A stretch of 32,000 nucleotides of DNA from Pseudodesulfovibrio piezophilus C1TLV30 (GCF_000341895.1 NC_020409.1:1440001-1472000); one strand, 5' to 3'; positions 9,036 to 18,084 are shown, numbered from the stretch's first letter. Notes: generated from the sequence alone by a model not told the origin. Program-made: numbers and translations.

Positions 9036-9542
9036 TCAAGGTGGGCCACCACCAGAAAGAAAAGGCATCAAAGCGGGTACACTGAGCCTGTACTGCTCAT
9101 ACTCCTGTCCAAAAATCTCTTCCAAAAACCGCTCTTCTTCCTTGCTCCAATGCTCAAAAAAGAACCAGGCAACAACGGCTGCGCCAAGCATTATCCAGAT
9201 GCCGGAAGCCAATGCCACCCCAGGAAACAAAAAAAGAATCCATACTGCGTAGAGAGGATGCCGAACCAGTGAAAATGGACCTGAAGTCTCCAGGCGATTC
9301 TGCTTCACAGCTCGGACCATTGCCCTCACACTCCAAATATACCCCCCTATCCCGATAAACACCATTCCCCATCCCAGAAAACAGAGAGCCAAGGCAATAG
9401 GCGATGCGGAAAGCCTGAATACTCCGGGCCAGATCCACGCTAGAAGCACGGAAACCATAACCCAGGCACAAGACGGACGAAAGATCTTCGGACCACAACC
9501 AAAATACGATTGCCGTTGTCTATGCATGGCAAAGAATACCAT
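9036..9542 (-). CDS. Isoprenylcysteine carboxyl methyltransferase (ICMT) / phospholipid methyltransferase-family membrane protein
   Basis: 168 aa and polytopic. Carries the family motif GPFSLVRHPLYAVW and a C-terminal EE..L...FG..Y..Y segment. Confidence 0.8.
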   Translation of the reverse strand: MVFFAMHRQRQSYFGCGPKIFRPSCAWVMVSVLLAWIWPGVFRLSASPIALALCFLGWGMVFIGIGGYIWSVRAMVRAVKQNRLETSGPFSLVRHPLYAVWILFLFPGVALASGIWIMLGAAVVAWFFFEHWSKEEERFLEEIFGQEYEQYRLSVPALMPFLSGGGPP

Positions 9543-9582
9543 ACCACCACGTCATTGACCAGAAAGATGCCCCCCTCATTGC

Positions 9583-9611
9583 TTGACAGCCATATGGGGC
9601 CTTGCTACTTG
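9583..9611 (+). promoter_or_regulatory. Candidate sigma70-type promoter of the tetR-TRAP operon
   Basis: TTGACA (9583-9588), a 17-nt spacer, then TACTTG (9606-9611). The -10 element is weak. Confidence 0.3.
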
Positions 9612-9619
9612 TGCAGCAC

Positions 9620-9642
9620 AAAAATGACCATTGGTCATTTTT
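9620..9642. promoter_or_regulatory. Perfect 11-bp-arm palindrome, candidate TetR operator
   Basis: AAAAATGACCA-T-TGGTCATTTTT. It lies immediately downstream of the candidate -10 element and 73 nt upstream of the tetR ATG. A partial half-site (CGGTCAC) follows at about 9650. Confidence 0.55.
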
Positions 9643-9714
9643 CGACTCACGGTCACTTTAAGACCCGACAAACCCACCGGGGCACTCGATCCGATATTTA
9701 GGAAATCAGTTACC

Positions 9715-10308
9715 ATGTCAAAAAAACAGCAGGAAAAATCACAGCAAACCATGACCGAACTCATGGCATCAGCCATAGAATTATTCGGGACCAATGGGTT
9801 TGTCGGTACTTCTGTTGCGGAAATAACCGAACATGCAGGGTATGCCAAAGGAAGCTTTTATCGTCACTGGAATAGCAAAGATGAGCTTTTTCTGCTGATA
9901 GTTGAACAAAAGCTCAAGCAGTATCGCCAGTCAAGGAATGGGAAGGTTCACTCAGCAAGGAATCTTGAAGAAGCACTGGATGTCATCTGGGATTTTCTTG
10001 AATCCATTACTCACGATCAGAAATGGTCAACCATATTTCTCGAATTCACGGTGTATTCAGCGCAAAGCGAGAACCTTCGCACGCGCATGAATCAATCAGT
10101 CTACCGCCTGTCCAATGATATCTTTGCCGACCTGGTACGCGAACACGTTCAAACCGACTATCCTCCCGAAAAACTGGGAGCCATAAATACGGCTCTCTTT
10201 GAAGGATATCTTATCCACCGCACCCTCGGTACTCAGGTTCTCTCCTTTGATGATGTCCGCTCCGCCGCCATCTCCCTGGCTCTCCAAAATGGCACCATAC
10301 AAAATTAA
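9715..10308 (+). CDS. TetR/AcrR-family transcriptional regulator
   Basis: ATG at 9715 with an AGGAA Shine-Dalgarno sequence. The N-terminal HTH reads LFGTNGFVGTSVAEITEHAGYAKGSFYRHWNSKDELF. The ORF-track start at 9631 lies inside the operator palindrome. Confidence 0.9.
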   Translation: MSKKQQEKSQQTMTELMASAIELFGTNGFVGTSVAEITEHAGYAKGSFYRHWNSKDELFLLIVEQKLKQYRQSRNGKVHSARNLEEALDVIWDFLESITHDQKWSTIFLEFTVYSAQSENLRTRMNQSVYRLSNDIFADLVREHVQTDYPPEKLGAINTALFEGYLIHRTLGTQVLSFDDVRSAAISLALQNGTIQN

Positions 10309-10345
10309 TTCCGGCCTGCCGGATAAGACTCCCACGAGGCATATC

Positions 10346-11350
10346 ATGAAAAAGAGACTCCAAATCCTGCTCGTACTGACACTGGTACTCGGAACAGCCA
10401 GCCTGGCCCTTGCCGAAACAATCACCCTGAGCTACTCGAATTTCTTCCCACCCACGCACATCCAATCCAAGCTGGCCGAGCAGTGGTGCCGTGAAGTCGA
10501 AACCCGGACCAACGGCAAGGTCAAGATCAACTACTACCCAGGCAGCACCCTGACCGGAGCCAAACAGTGTTATGACGGTGTGGTCGAAGGAATTTCCGAC
10601 ATCGGTTTGTCCGCTCTCGCCTATACCCGAAACAGATTTCCGGTCATGGCGGCAGTGGACCTGCCGTTGGGCTATACCACCGGATCACAGGCCACGACCA
10701 TAGCCAACGAAGTCTTCATAAAATTCCAGCCTCGGGAATTGAAAGATGTGCAGCCCATGTATTTCCATGCCCACGGTCCCGGACTGCTCTTCACCACGGA
10801 AAAAGTCGTGGAAACTCTCGAAGACCTCAAGGGATTGAAGATACGCGCCACAGGCAATTCAGCCAAGTTGGTCAAGGCCTTGGGCGGCACCCCGGTGGCC
10901 CAATCCATGCCCACCTGCTACCAATCCCTGCAAAAAGGTATCGTAAATGGCTCCATGCACCCCATTGAATCCAACAAGGGATGGAAACTCGCAGAGGTTG
11001 TACGCCACGCCACACTGTCTTTTCCCGTGGCCTACACCACGACCTTTTTTGTCGTCATGAATAAGGACAAATGGAATGAATTGGATGCCGGTACACAAAA
11101 GATCATCCAGGAAATCAACCAGAAGTGGGCAATCAAGCATGGCCAGGCATGGGATGAAGCCGATCAGGCCGGGAAAACCTTCTTTGAAGAGAAAGGTGGC
11201 ACATTCACATCTCTGAGCACTCAGGAAGCACAACGTTGGACCTCGGCTGTGCACCCTGTGTTGAATGAGTATACCGAAGATGTCTCACGCAAGGGCATTG
11301 ATGGAGCTGCTGTTATCTCATTCATCAAAACCAGAATGACCTCGAAATAA
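10346..11350 (+). CDS. dctP: TRAP transporter substrate-binding protein (DctP family), copy 1
   Basis: Begins at the MKKRLQILLVLTLVLGTASLALA signal peptide (ATG 10346). DctP-type body (YSNFFPP..., GLKIR..GN, MHPIESN). Confidence 0.9.
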   Translation: MKKRLQILLVLTLVLGTASLALAETITLSYSNFFPPTHIQSKLAEQWCREVETRTNGKVKINYYPGSTLTGAKQCYDGVVEGISDIGLSALAYTRNRFPVMAAVDLPLGYTTGSQATTIANEVFIKFQPRELKDVQPMYFHAHGPGLLFTTEKVVETLEDLKGLKIRATGNSAKLVKALGGTPVAQSMPTCYQSLQKGIVNGSMHPIESNKGWKLAEVVRHATLSFPVAYTTTFFVVMNKDKWNELDAGTQKIIQEINQKWAIKHGQAWDEADQAGKTFFEEKGGTFTSLSTQEAQRWTSAVHPVLNEYTEDVSRKGIDGAAVISFIKTRMTSK

Positions 11351-11447
11351 CTCAAACCGACCGTTGCCTTTCACGGTGACGGCCGATTTCATATACAAGG
11401 GGGGCCATGTGCCTCCTGGGACTCTTGCACTCTTTGGAGAAAAACCA

Positions 11448-12449
11448 ATGAAACGACTTCTGACACTCCTCACTCTTCTGCCCATGCTCTGTGCCGCCCT
11501 GCCTTTTCAGACGCAGGCGGCGACAAGACTGACCTATTCCAACTTCTTTCCACCAACCAACCACCAATCCCGATTGGCCGAGGAATGGTGCAGGGAAGTC
11601 GAAAAGAGAACCGGCGGAAAAGTCGCCATCGAATACTACCCCGGAAGCACCCTGACCAAGGCAAAACAATGTTATGACGGTGTTGTGGAAGGCATATCCG
11701 ACCTGGGACTTTCCTGCCTCGCATACTCTCGGGGACGCTTCCCGGTCATGGCAGCCGTGGACCTTCCTCTGGGCTATACCTCGGCAGCACAGGCCACCGC
11801 TACTGCCAATGCCGTATACGCGCACTTCAAGCCAGCCGAACTTGATGATGTGGAGGTCATGTATTTCAACGGTCATGGCCCCGGACTGCTTTTCACTGCA
11901 ACCACCCCTGTCAGAACATTGGAAGATCTCAAGGGACTGAAAATACGCTCAACCGGCAATTCCGCCCAATTGGTCAAGGCGCTGGGAGGCACTCCTGTCG
12001 CCAAACCCATGCCCGAGAACTACCAACTCCTGCAAAAGGGTGTTGTCGATGGGTCCATGCATCCTATTGAATCGAATAAATCCTTCAAACTCGGTGAAGT
12101 CTGCACGTTCGGCACAGATTCCTTTGATGTGGCGTATACCACTGTTTTCTTTATTGTCATGAACAAGGACAAATGGAATGCGCTGGATGCTGATTCACAA
12201 AAAATCATCCGGGAGATCAATACCGAGTGGGCTGTCAGACACGCCGCAGCCTGGGATGAAGCTGATGTTATCGGCCGACAGTTCCTGCTTGACCAGGGCG
12301 GCCAGATTTTCAAGCTGAACGCCGAAGAAACAGTCAGATGGAAAACCGCGGCCCAGCCCGTGATAGACAACTATATAAAGGAAGCCGATGCCAAGGGGCT
12401 TAACGGCCGGGAGATCATCGACTTTACCCTCTCCACCCTTCAAGAATAA
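11448..12449 (+). CDS. dctP: TRAP transporter substrate-binding protein (DctP family), copy 2 (tandem paralog)
   Basis: Begins at the signal peptide MKRLLTLLTLLPMLCAALPFQTQA (ATG 11448). It is collinear with copy 1 and shares long identical blocks, for example KQCYDGVVEGISD, RFPVMAAVDLPLGY, TLEDLKGLKIR and GSMHPIESNK. Confidence 0.9.
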   Translation: MKRLLTLLTLLPMLCAALPFQTQAATRLTYSNFFPPTNHQSRLAEEWCREVEKRTGGKVAIEYYPGSTLTKAKQCYDGVVEGISDLGLSCLAYSRGRFPVMAAVDLPLGYTSAAQATATANAVYAHFKPAELDDVEVMYFNGHGPGLLFTATTPVRTLEDLKGLKIRSTGNSAQLVKALGGTPVAKPMPENYQLLQKGVVDGSMHPIESNKSFKLGEVCTFGTDSFDVAYTTVFFIVMNKDKWNALDADSQKIIREINTEWAVRHAAAWDEADVIGRQFLLDQGGQIFKLNAEETVRWKTAAQPVIDNYIKEADAKGLNGREIIDFTLSTLQE

Positions 12450-12503
12450 ACAACCATACGGGGAGGGATATTTTTCCTCCCCGTATCCTGCAAGGATACA
12501 ATC

Positions 12504-12995
12504 ATGGATTTGATCAAACGGCCCGGCCCTCTCGATCGTCTGGAAAAAGGCATGCGAATCGTGGCGGCGGTCAGTCTCTTCGGCATGGCGCTCCTGACCG
12601 GGGCCGACGTGGCCATGCGCGGATTTTTCAACACCCCCATCTTCGGCTCTGAAGAGCTTGTCAGTATTCTGGGAGTTATTGCCGTCGGCTTTGCCCTGCC
12701 CTACACCCATGCCCAGAAAAGCCACATCGGCGTGGAAATATTCTACCGAAAGTTTTCCCGTCGGGTCCGCTCAGGGATCAAGCTCATGACGACAACGGCA
12801 ACGCTCTTTCTCATTGTCATCGTGACCTGGCGCATGACGATCTATGCCATGACACAGGCCCGAAGTGGCGAAGTCTCCATGAATCTGGAGTTGCCGGAAT
12901 ATATTATTATATATGTCCTGGCTTTCGGCTTTCTCGCCTACGCCGTGAGTCTACTCAAGGATATCATTCTTTTTTTCAAGGGAAGGGAGGCATAG
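12504..12995 (+). CDS. dctQ: TRAP transporter small permease (DctQ family)
   Basis: 163 aa with four predicted TM helices. It lies between the dctP and dctM genes, and its stop is 1 nt before the dctM ATG. Confidence 0.85.
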   Translation: MDLIKRPGPLDRLEKGMRIVAAVSLFGMALLTGADVAMRGFFNTPIFGSEELVSILGVIAVGFALPYTHAQKSHIGVEIFYRKFSRRVRSGIKLMTTTATLFLIVIVTWRMTIYAMTQARSGEVSMNLELPEYIIIYVLAFGFLAYAVSLLKDIILFFKGREA

Positions 12996-12996
12996 C

Positions 12997-14310
12997 ATGG
13001 ACCCGACACTCGTTGGCATCATTGGTATCGTGATCATGATTTTCCTGTTCATGACCCGAATGCCGGTAGCGTATGTCATGATGCTGGTAGGTTTTATCGG
13101 ATTTTCCATGCTCACATCATGGAAAGGTGGCCTCAACCTCATGTCAAGAAACATCTATGACGCTTTTGCATCCTATGAACTTTCCACCATTCCACTCTTC
13201 ATTCTCATGGGGCAGATAGCCTTCAATAGCGGGATTTCCAAACGACTCTACAAGACGGCTTATCATTTTCTGGGGGATGTCCGCGGCGGGCTGGCCATGG
13301 CCACGGTCTCCGCCTGCACGGCATTCGGCGCGGTCTGCGGGTCCAGCCCGGCCACAGCAGCCACCATGTCCACAGTGGGTATCCCGGAAATGAAACGATA
13401 CGGATATGCCAATTCCCTCGCCACGGCATCTGTGGCCTCGGGCGGCGGACTTGGCATGATCATGCCCCCTTCAGTCGTGCTCATCATTTATGGAGTCTTG
13501 ACGGAACAATCCATCGGCGCACTTTTTGTGTCAGGCATTCTTCCGGCCATTTTACTGACAGCCCTGTTTGTAGCGGGAATACATATCCAGTGCCGCCTCT
13601 CCCCAGAACTGGGGCCCAAAGGCGACTCCTTCACTGGTCTCGAGAAGCTCAAATCCCTTGTCGGTCTACTGGACACCATTATCATATTCTCACTGGTCAT
13701 CGGAGGCCTATTCAAAGGCTGGTTCACCCCGACCGAAGCGGCCTCCGTCGGTGTCATCGGAGTGCTGGTCCTTGCTGCCATCAAAAGACAGTTGACCTGG
13801 AAAGGATTCGTGAATTCCCTGTATGAAACACTCCGGACCTCATGCATGGTTCTGGTTCTCATAGCCGGAGCCGTGGTTTTCGGAAAATTCTTGGCTGTCA
13901 CGCGCATTCCCTTTGATATTGCCAACTGGGTTTCGGCGTTCGACATGCCCCCCTTTGGCATCATGGCCGCGATCATATTCATCTACTTCATCGGTGGCTG
14001 TTTCATGGATTCGCTGGCCTTGATCATGTTGACCATCCCGGTCTTCTTCCCGGTTGTCACCAACATGGGATACGATCCCATCTGGTTCGGCATCATTATC
14101 GTCTTGATCACTGAAATGGGTGTTATCACGCCCCCGGTCGGCATCAATGTCTATGTTGTCTACGGCATGTGCCGAAAAATAGCGCCCGACGTCACTCTTG
14201 AAGAAGTCTTCAAAGGCATCCTGCCCTTTATGCTCTCCATCGTCGTAGGCATTGCTCTGCTCTTCATCTTTCCACAGATAATCCTGTTTTTGCCTGGACT
14301 TATGTATTGA
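12997..14310 (+). CDS. dctM: TRAP transporter large permease (DctM family)
   Basis: 437 aa, polytopic, with a typical DctM sequence (GGLAMATV..ACTAFGAVCGSSPATAATM, TEMGVITPPVGINVYV). Confidence 0.92.
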   Translation: MDPTLVGIIGIVIMIFLFMTRMPVAYVMMLVGFIGFSMLTSWKGGLNLMSRNIYDAFASYELSTIPLFILMGQIAFNSGISKRLYKTAYHFLGDVRGGLAMATVSACTAFGAVCGSSPATAATMSTVGIPEMKRYGYANSLATASVASGGGLGMIMPPSVVLIIYGVLTEQSIGALFVSGILPAILLTALFVAGIHIQCRLSPELGPKGDSFTGLEKLKSLVGLLDTIIIFSLVIGGLFKGWFTPTEAASVGVIGVLVLAAIKRQLTWKGFVNSLYETLRTSCMVLVLIAGAVVFGKFLAVTRIPFDIANWVSAFDMPPFGIMAAIIFIYFIGGCFMDSLALIMLTIPVFFPVVTNMGYDPIWFGIIIVLITEMGVITPPVGINVYVVYGMCRKIAPDVTLEEVFKGILPFMLSIVVGIALLFIFPQIILFLPGLMY

Positions 14311-14396
14311 TCGTCTAGCTTATGAAATTGAAGAGGCTTGAACGCATATACGCATCCTCTCCAAGAGATTCACCAGGTGAATTGAAGAAACGATAT

Positions 14397-14447
14397 AAAA
14401 AGGTCAGGATCAGATCCCCATTCCGGGATACCTGATCCTGACCTTTT
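14397..14447. terminator. Bidirectional Rho-independent terminator between dctM and the OMP gene
   Basis: A5, then a perfect 12-bp stem GGTCAGGATCAG (14402-14413) with CTGATCCTGACC (14432-14443), then T4. Confidence 0.8.
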
Positions 14448-14525
14448 AGATATGTTACAGCATGCTGACCACAACCGTTCTCTCGCCCTTTGGCAAAAGC
14501 CCGTCATGATCACGAATTTGGCGTA

Positions 14526-15170
14526 TTAGAACTGGATACGGACACCAAGTGTCCCTTCAATGGAGAAAAGATTCTTGGCTTTAACGGTATAGTCGTTATT
14601 CGTGTCACTCCAGGAATAATCCCTGCTGTCGCCGAACTGATTGATACGGTATGTCAAATCCAGCATGATCATGTCCGTAAGCTTGTAAGCTGTTCCGGCA
14701 AAAAGACTGTAGCAAAAGTTGGATGTGGTCTCACCATCCGTATCAAGCTGCGCGATTCCGAACCCAGCTCCCAGATAAGGGATGAAATTCGTTTTGGTAT
14801 AAAAATCATAGAAGATATTCAGCTGAACAGTCTGTATGTCCGTATCCATCTCAAAGGTGGCATTGTCGTCATCATGACGCATGGTGACAGTTCCGTGGTC
14901 GTAGTATTCGACCTCGGTACGCAAGGGAACCCCCTCATCAAGCCAATTGTACCCAAGAGCAGCGCCATAGTTGAAAGCACTGTTGCTCCACCCGGACTCG
15001 CTGTTGTTCGGTTCTGATGATTGGTTATGACTGAAAGACTCGTCACCCCGCATATAACCAAGCCCAGCTTTCGCTGCCACATAGAGTCCTCCGCCATCAG
15101 CCATGGCCGAAGAGCCAAAAGACATGAGCAGAAACGCCACAGCCAGACACGTCAAAAAACCTTTTTTCAC
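14526..15170 (-). CDS. Small outer-membrane beta-barrel protein (OmpA-like/OmpW-like porin family)
   Basis: A GTG at 15170 lies 4 nt after GGAGG and gives the signal peptide (M)KKGFLTCLAVAFLLMSFGSSAMA. The body has an alternating aromatic/Gly-rich beta-strand pattern and ends in a C-terminal Phe (GVRIQF). The ORF-track TTG at 15191 is the alternative start. Confidence 0.8.
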   Translation of the reverse strand: MKKGFLTCLAVAFLLMSFGSSAMADGGGLYVAAKAGLGYMRGDESFSHNQSSEPNNSESGWSNSAFNYGAALGYNWLDEGVPLRTEVEYYDHGTVTMRHDDDNATFEMDTDIQTVQLNIFYDFYTKTNFIPYLGAGFGIAQLDTDGETTSNFCYSLFAGTAYKLTDMIMLDLTYRINQFGDSRDYSWSDTNNDYTVKAKNLFSIEGTLGVRIQF

Positions 15171-15319
15171 AGTCCCTCCGACTCTATTCAAAGCGTCACC
15201 TTCCGTGTGATCGTATTCGCAAAACCGATTCAGACAAATTATCCGGCAAAATCACTAGCAGGCTTACCCGCAAAGCTCAATGAGGTTTCACAAGTATTTC
15301 CTTTTATCAAGGAACTATT

Positions 15320-16468
15320 TTACACGGCAAAAGATGCCTTCGCATAAGATGAGAAGTCAAATCCACCTTCCATCTCATCCCGGATAAGTTGCGAGACGCC
15401 CTGAGTATCCAGCCATTGAAGCAAACCGCCTTCTCGCAACATATGTGAAAAAAGGAAGAAATCGCGCCAAGAATTCCCGGAACCAGCCTTGGGAAAGGAA
15501 AAAAGCTCATGTCCCATGGCAAAAAGATCAGCTCGAAGCATGCCCCAGGCCTTGGGATACCCGGCAAAAAGGTCAACCAGAGCTGAGTGAAATCCGTTCC
15601 GAAGAGAGTCGTTTACTCTACCTCGTTGTACCAGATACTCCAGCGCATCAAAAACCGCATGGGCAAGGTAGAGTAATTCGAGGTAGTAGAAAAGTGGCTC
15701 GCCAAGTGTGTTTGCATCCTGAAAACGATCTATCATGGGTGCGACCAGTGTCCCGAAAAGATACTGAACCACATCTTCAGGAGCATGCACTTCCAATGCC
15801 TGCATCTTGACGGGCTTGTGGCACCACTTCCAAACTCGGTTGCACATGGTTGTTCGGCTTATACGCCGCTGCTGCCATGCCTTGGCACGGGCGTCGGAGT
15901 ACAATGTGTACCCAAGACGCTTCAAACGGTGGCTCAAATAATGATCCTGGCAGTTGGTCTCGTCGTAAGCAGTGAAGCCACCCGCATGCTCCCAGGTGTC
16001 ACGGCGAATCAAAAAAGCATTGCCGGGAATGAAATCCACGGCTCCGGTATGGCTCTGATTGTGATTATCACCAAAATGCATCAAATACCGCGAAACAAGA
16101 TCATTGCCGGATCGATAGCTCAAAGCTCCGCCTGTCAGACCTATCTCCGGGACATTCGCATGGGGCAAGGCTCGCTCCAACCAATCAGCATCGACTCGGG
16201 TATCGCAATCCATAGAAAAAATGAAATCCCCTGCTGCGGCTGATATCCCGGCCCCCTTGGCGCGGGTAATGCCCTTGTTTTCTTCAAAACGAATGATACG
16301 AAGATTGTCGGGAGGATCAGGCATGGAAAAAGGAATATCCGACCCGTCATCAACGACGACAATCTCATCCGGTTGAACGGTAAAGGACTGAGCCTGCTGA
16401 ATGAGTTCCTCGGCAAACTCTGCGTCATTGAACGTATATGTTATCAAACTTATGGTGGGTCCTGGCAT
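15320..16468 (-). CDS. Family 2 glycosyltransferase with ~165-aa uncharacterised helical C-terminal domain
   Basis: ATG at 16468 preceded by GGGAGGAG. The GT-A region carries ISLITYTFND, VVVDDGSD, DCDTRVD (DxD) and GNAFLIRRD. The C-terminal half has no motif I recognise. Confidence 0.85.
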   Translation of the reverse strand: MPGPTISLITYTFNDAEFAEELIQQAQSFTVQPDEIVVVDDGSDIPFSMPDPPDNLRIIRFEENKGITRAKGAGISAAAGDFIFSMDCDTRVDADWLERALPHANVPEIGLTGGALSYRSGNDLVSRYLMHFGDNHNQSHTGAVDFIPGNAFLIRRDTWEHAGGFTAYDETNCQDHYLSHRLKRLGYTLYSDARAKAWQQRRISRTTMCNRVWKWCHKPVKMQALEVHAPEDVVQYLFGTLVAPMIDRFQDANTLGEPLFYYLELLYLAHAVFDALEYLVQRGRVNDSLRNGFHSALVDLFAGYPKAWGMLRADLFAMGHELFSFPKAGSGNSWRDFFLFSHMLREGGLLQWLDTQGVSQLIRDEMEGGFDFSSYAKASFAV

Positions 16469-16974
16469 GGCACTCCTCCCTTGTGGCTGCTGCGACTTCC
16501 ACGGCCCACGCTTCGGGACCTGTTCCACAAGTCGTTGCAAAAACTATGACGATAAAGTCGTTCTTGTATCAGAGCCTTGAGAAGGAGGAGATGATATGGT
16601 GTTTCAATTGATTCTTAACTTCATCAAAATACACATATAACCTCTCGTAACCAAAGATCAATTCAGCAGAGTAAACGCAAAAAAAGAGAAGAGGCAAACA
16701 TATTTGAATTTCAGCATGGGCGGCGACTCAAAAGGGGGCTGTACACCTCTGGCGATATCATATGACAAAACATTGACTGCATGAGCCTGGAATGAGATTC
16801 CAAGACTTGGAGCCATCTTCGTCATTAAAAAACCGGCTGAGGTGTCGGGATAGCAATGAAAGAAGAGGGGCATATGTTTCACGCGCATGGTAAGGAAAAG
16901 AGCTTGCCAGATGCGCCCTCTTTTGCAAAAAGCCGAAGGGCGGTGTACATAACACCTTAACTAAACGGACAAAC

Positions 16975-17187
16975 ATGACGATGAAGTTTTCGGAAATAAT
17001 AAAACAACAGGGATACACACGTTATCGAGGCGCTGTGGATGCCTCGGTCTACGAATATTTCAACTGCGACTGCTCCTGGAAAGCCATCTGGTATCTCAAG
17101 GAAGGGCATTATCAATGCTGTGGCTGCAAAGAAAAATGCGAGACCTTGGACCCGGATGGATTCCAACTTTTTCTGGACCTTGGCTAG
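16975..17187 (+). CDS. Putative small Cys-rich protein (70 aa)
   Basis: ORF with six Cys (CDC-N14-CCGC-N3-C). It lies 15 nt upstream of the next same-strand gene. It has no convincing Shine-Dalgarno sequence, so coding status is uncertain. Confidence 0.35.
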   Translation: MTMKFSEIIKQQGYTRYRGAVDASVYEYFNCDCSWKAIWYLKEGHYQCCGCKEKCETLDPDGFQLFLDLG

Positions 17188-17202
17188 CCTAGGATAGAAC
17201 GC

Positions 17203-17724
17203 ATGCGACACTTCTTCATATTGATTTGCCTCTTTTCCGTACTGACCTTTTCATCACTTCCCGCAAGTGGATCAGAATTTCCTGATATGGACATCTGCAT
17301 AGGCAAAAACATTGTGGCCCGCATCCTCTGCAAGGACGTCAGTGAAGTTGACTATGTCTCCCGTGTCCGCAAAAATATTTATCTTTTTTCTGTCTTCTAC
17401 GCCAACAAGGAAGCACGGTTCTTCGTTGGAGTCTACAAGGATATGATCCGGGTGCAGGGCAAGGATTTCATGACCGTGACCCGGTCCATTCCCTATCATT
17501 TTGATGAGACATCCAAGTGCGGTATAGTGGATTATTCGGTCCCGGACTGCCCGACCTCGGAAAGAATTGTCTGTTGCTCGGAAAAAACGCTTGATGAACA
17601 ACTCGATGAAAAATTCTGGGATCGTCCCATCCCGGACCTGCTGGAAGAAGACCTGCGAAATGCACTTCAGGCTGACAATGCCAGCACAGGCACTCAATCC
17701 GATACCGAACAGCCAGCACAATAG
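17203..17724 (+). CDS. Secreted Cys-rich hypothetical protein
   Basis: 173 aa with the signal peptide MRHFFILICLFSVLTFSSLPASG. The mature part has seven Cys and an acidic, low-complexity C-terminus. A strong terminator follows. Confidence 0.65.
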   Translation: MRHFFILICLFSVLTFSSLPASGSEFPDMDICIGKNIVARILCKDVSEVDYVSRVRKNIYLFSVFYANKEARFFVGVYKDMIRVQGKDFMTVTRSIPYHFDETSKCGIVDYSVPDCPTSERIVCCSEKTLDEQLDEKFWDRPIPDLLEEDLRNALQADNASTGTQSDTEQPAQ

Positions 17725-17729
17725 ATCAC

Positions 17730-17773
17730 AAAAAAAACACCCCTTGTACATGCGAGTATCAGGGGTGTTTTTT
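17730..17773. terminator. Bidirectional Rho-independent terminator
   Basis: A7-8, then the stem ACACCCCT (17737-17744) with AGGGGTGT (17761-17768), then T5. It overlaps the stop codon of the minus-strand zinc-ribbon gene. Confidence 0.8.
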
Positions 17774-18084
17774 CAAATTCGGCGGAAATAGAGAAGCAAT
17801 CCAATCCCCACTACCGTCGGATATAACGGCCACCAGACTTCATACGTCAGGCTTCCTATTCCGACCAGAAGCAGGAGCAAAAGATAACACCATGCCTCGA
17901 TCAGTTTTCTGAATGACTCCCATTTGTCAGGCGGCATCCCCTGATGGGTAAAGCGAGTGAGTCGAGAGTCTGTGCGAGGCTCAAAAGTCGGAGACTGATA
18001 AGAGGACTGGAGCTTCTTCCCGCATTGTTCACAATAACGGGTTTCATCGTCGTTCTTTCTGCCGCATCCGGTACAAATAATCAC
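17773..18084 (-). CDS. Zinc-ribbon domain membrane protein
   Basis: 103 aa. The N-terminus reads CTGCGRKNDDETRYCEQCG (CxxC-N11-CxxC), and the C-terminus carries two hydrophobic TM segments. Confidence 0.7.
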   Translation of the reverse strand: MIICTGCGRKNDDETRYCEQCGKKLQSSYQSPTFEPRTDSRLTRFTHQGMPPDKWESFRKLIEAWCYLLLLLLVGIGSLTYEVWWPLYPTVVGIGLLLYFRRI

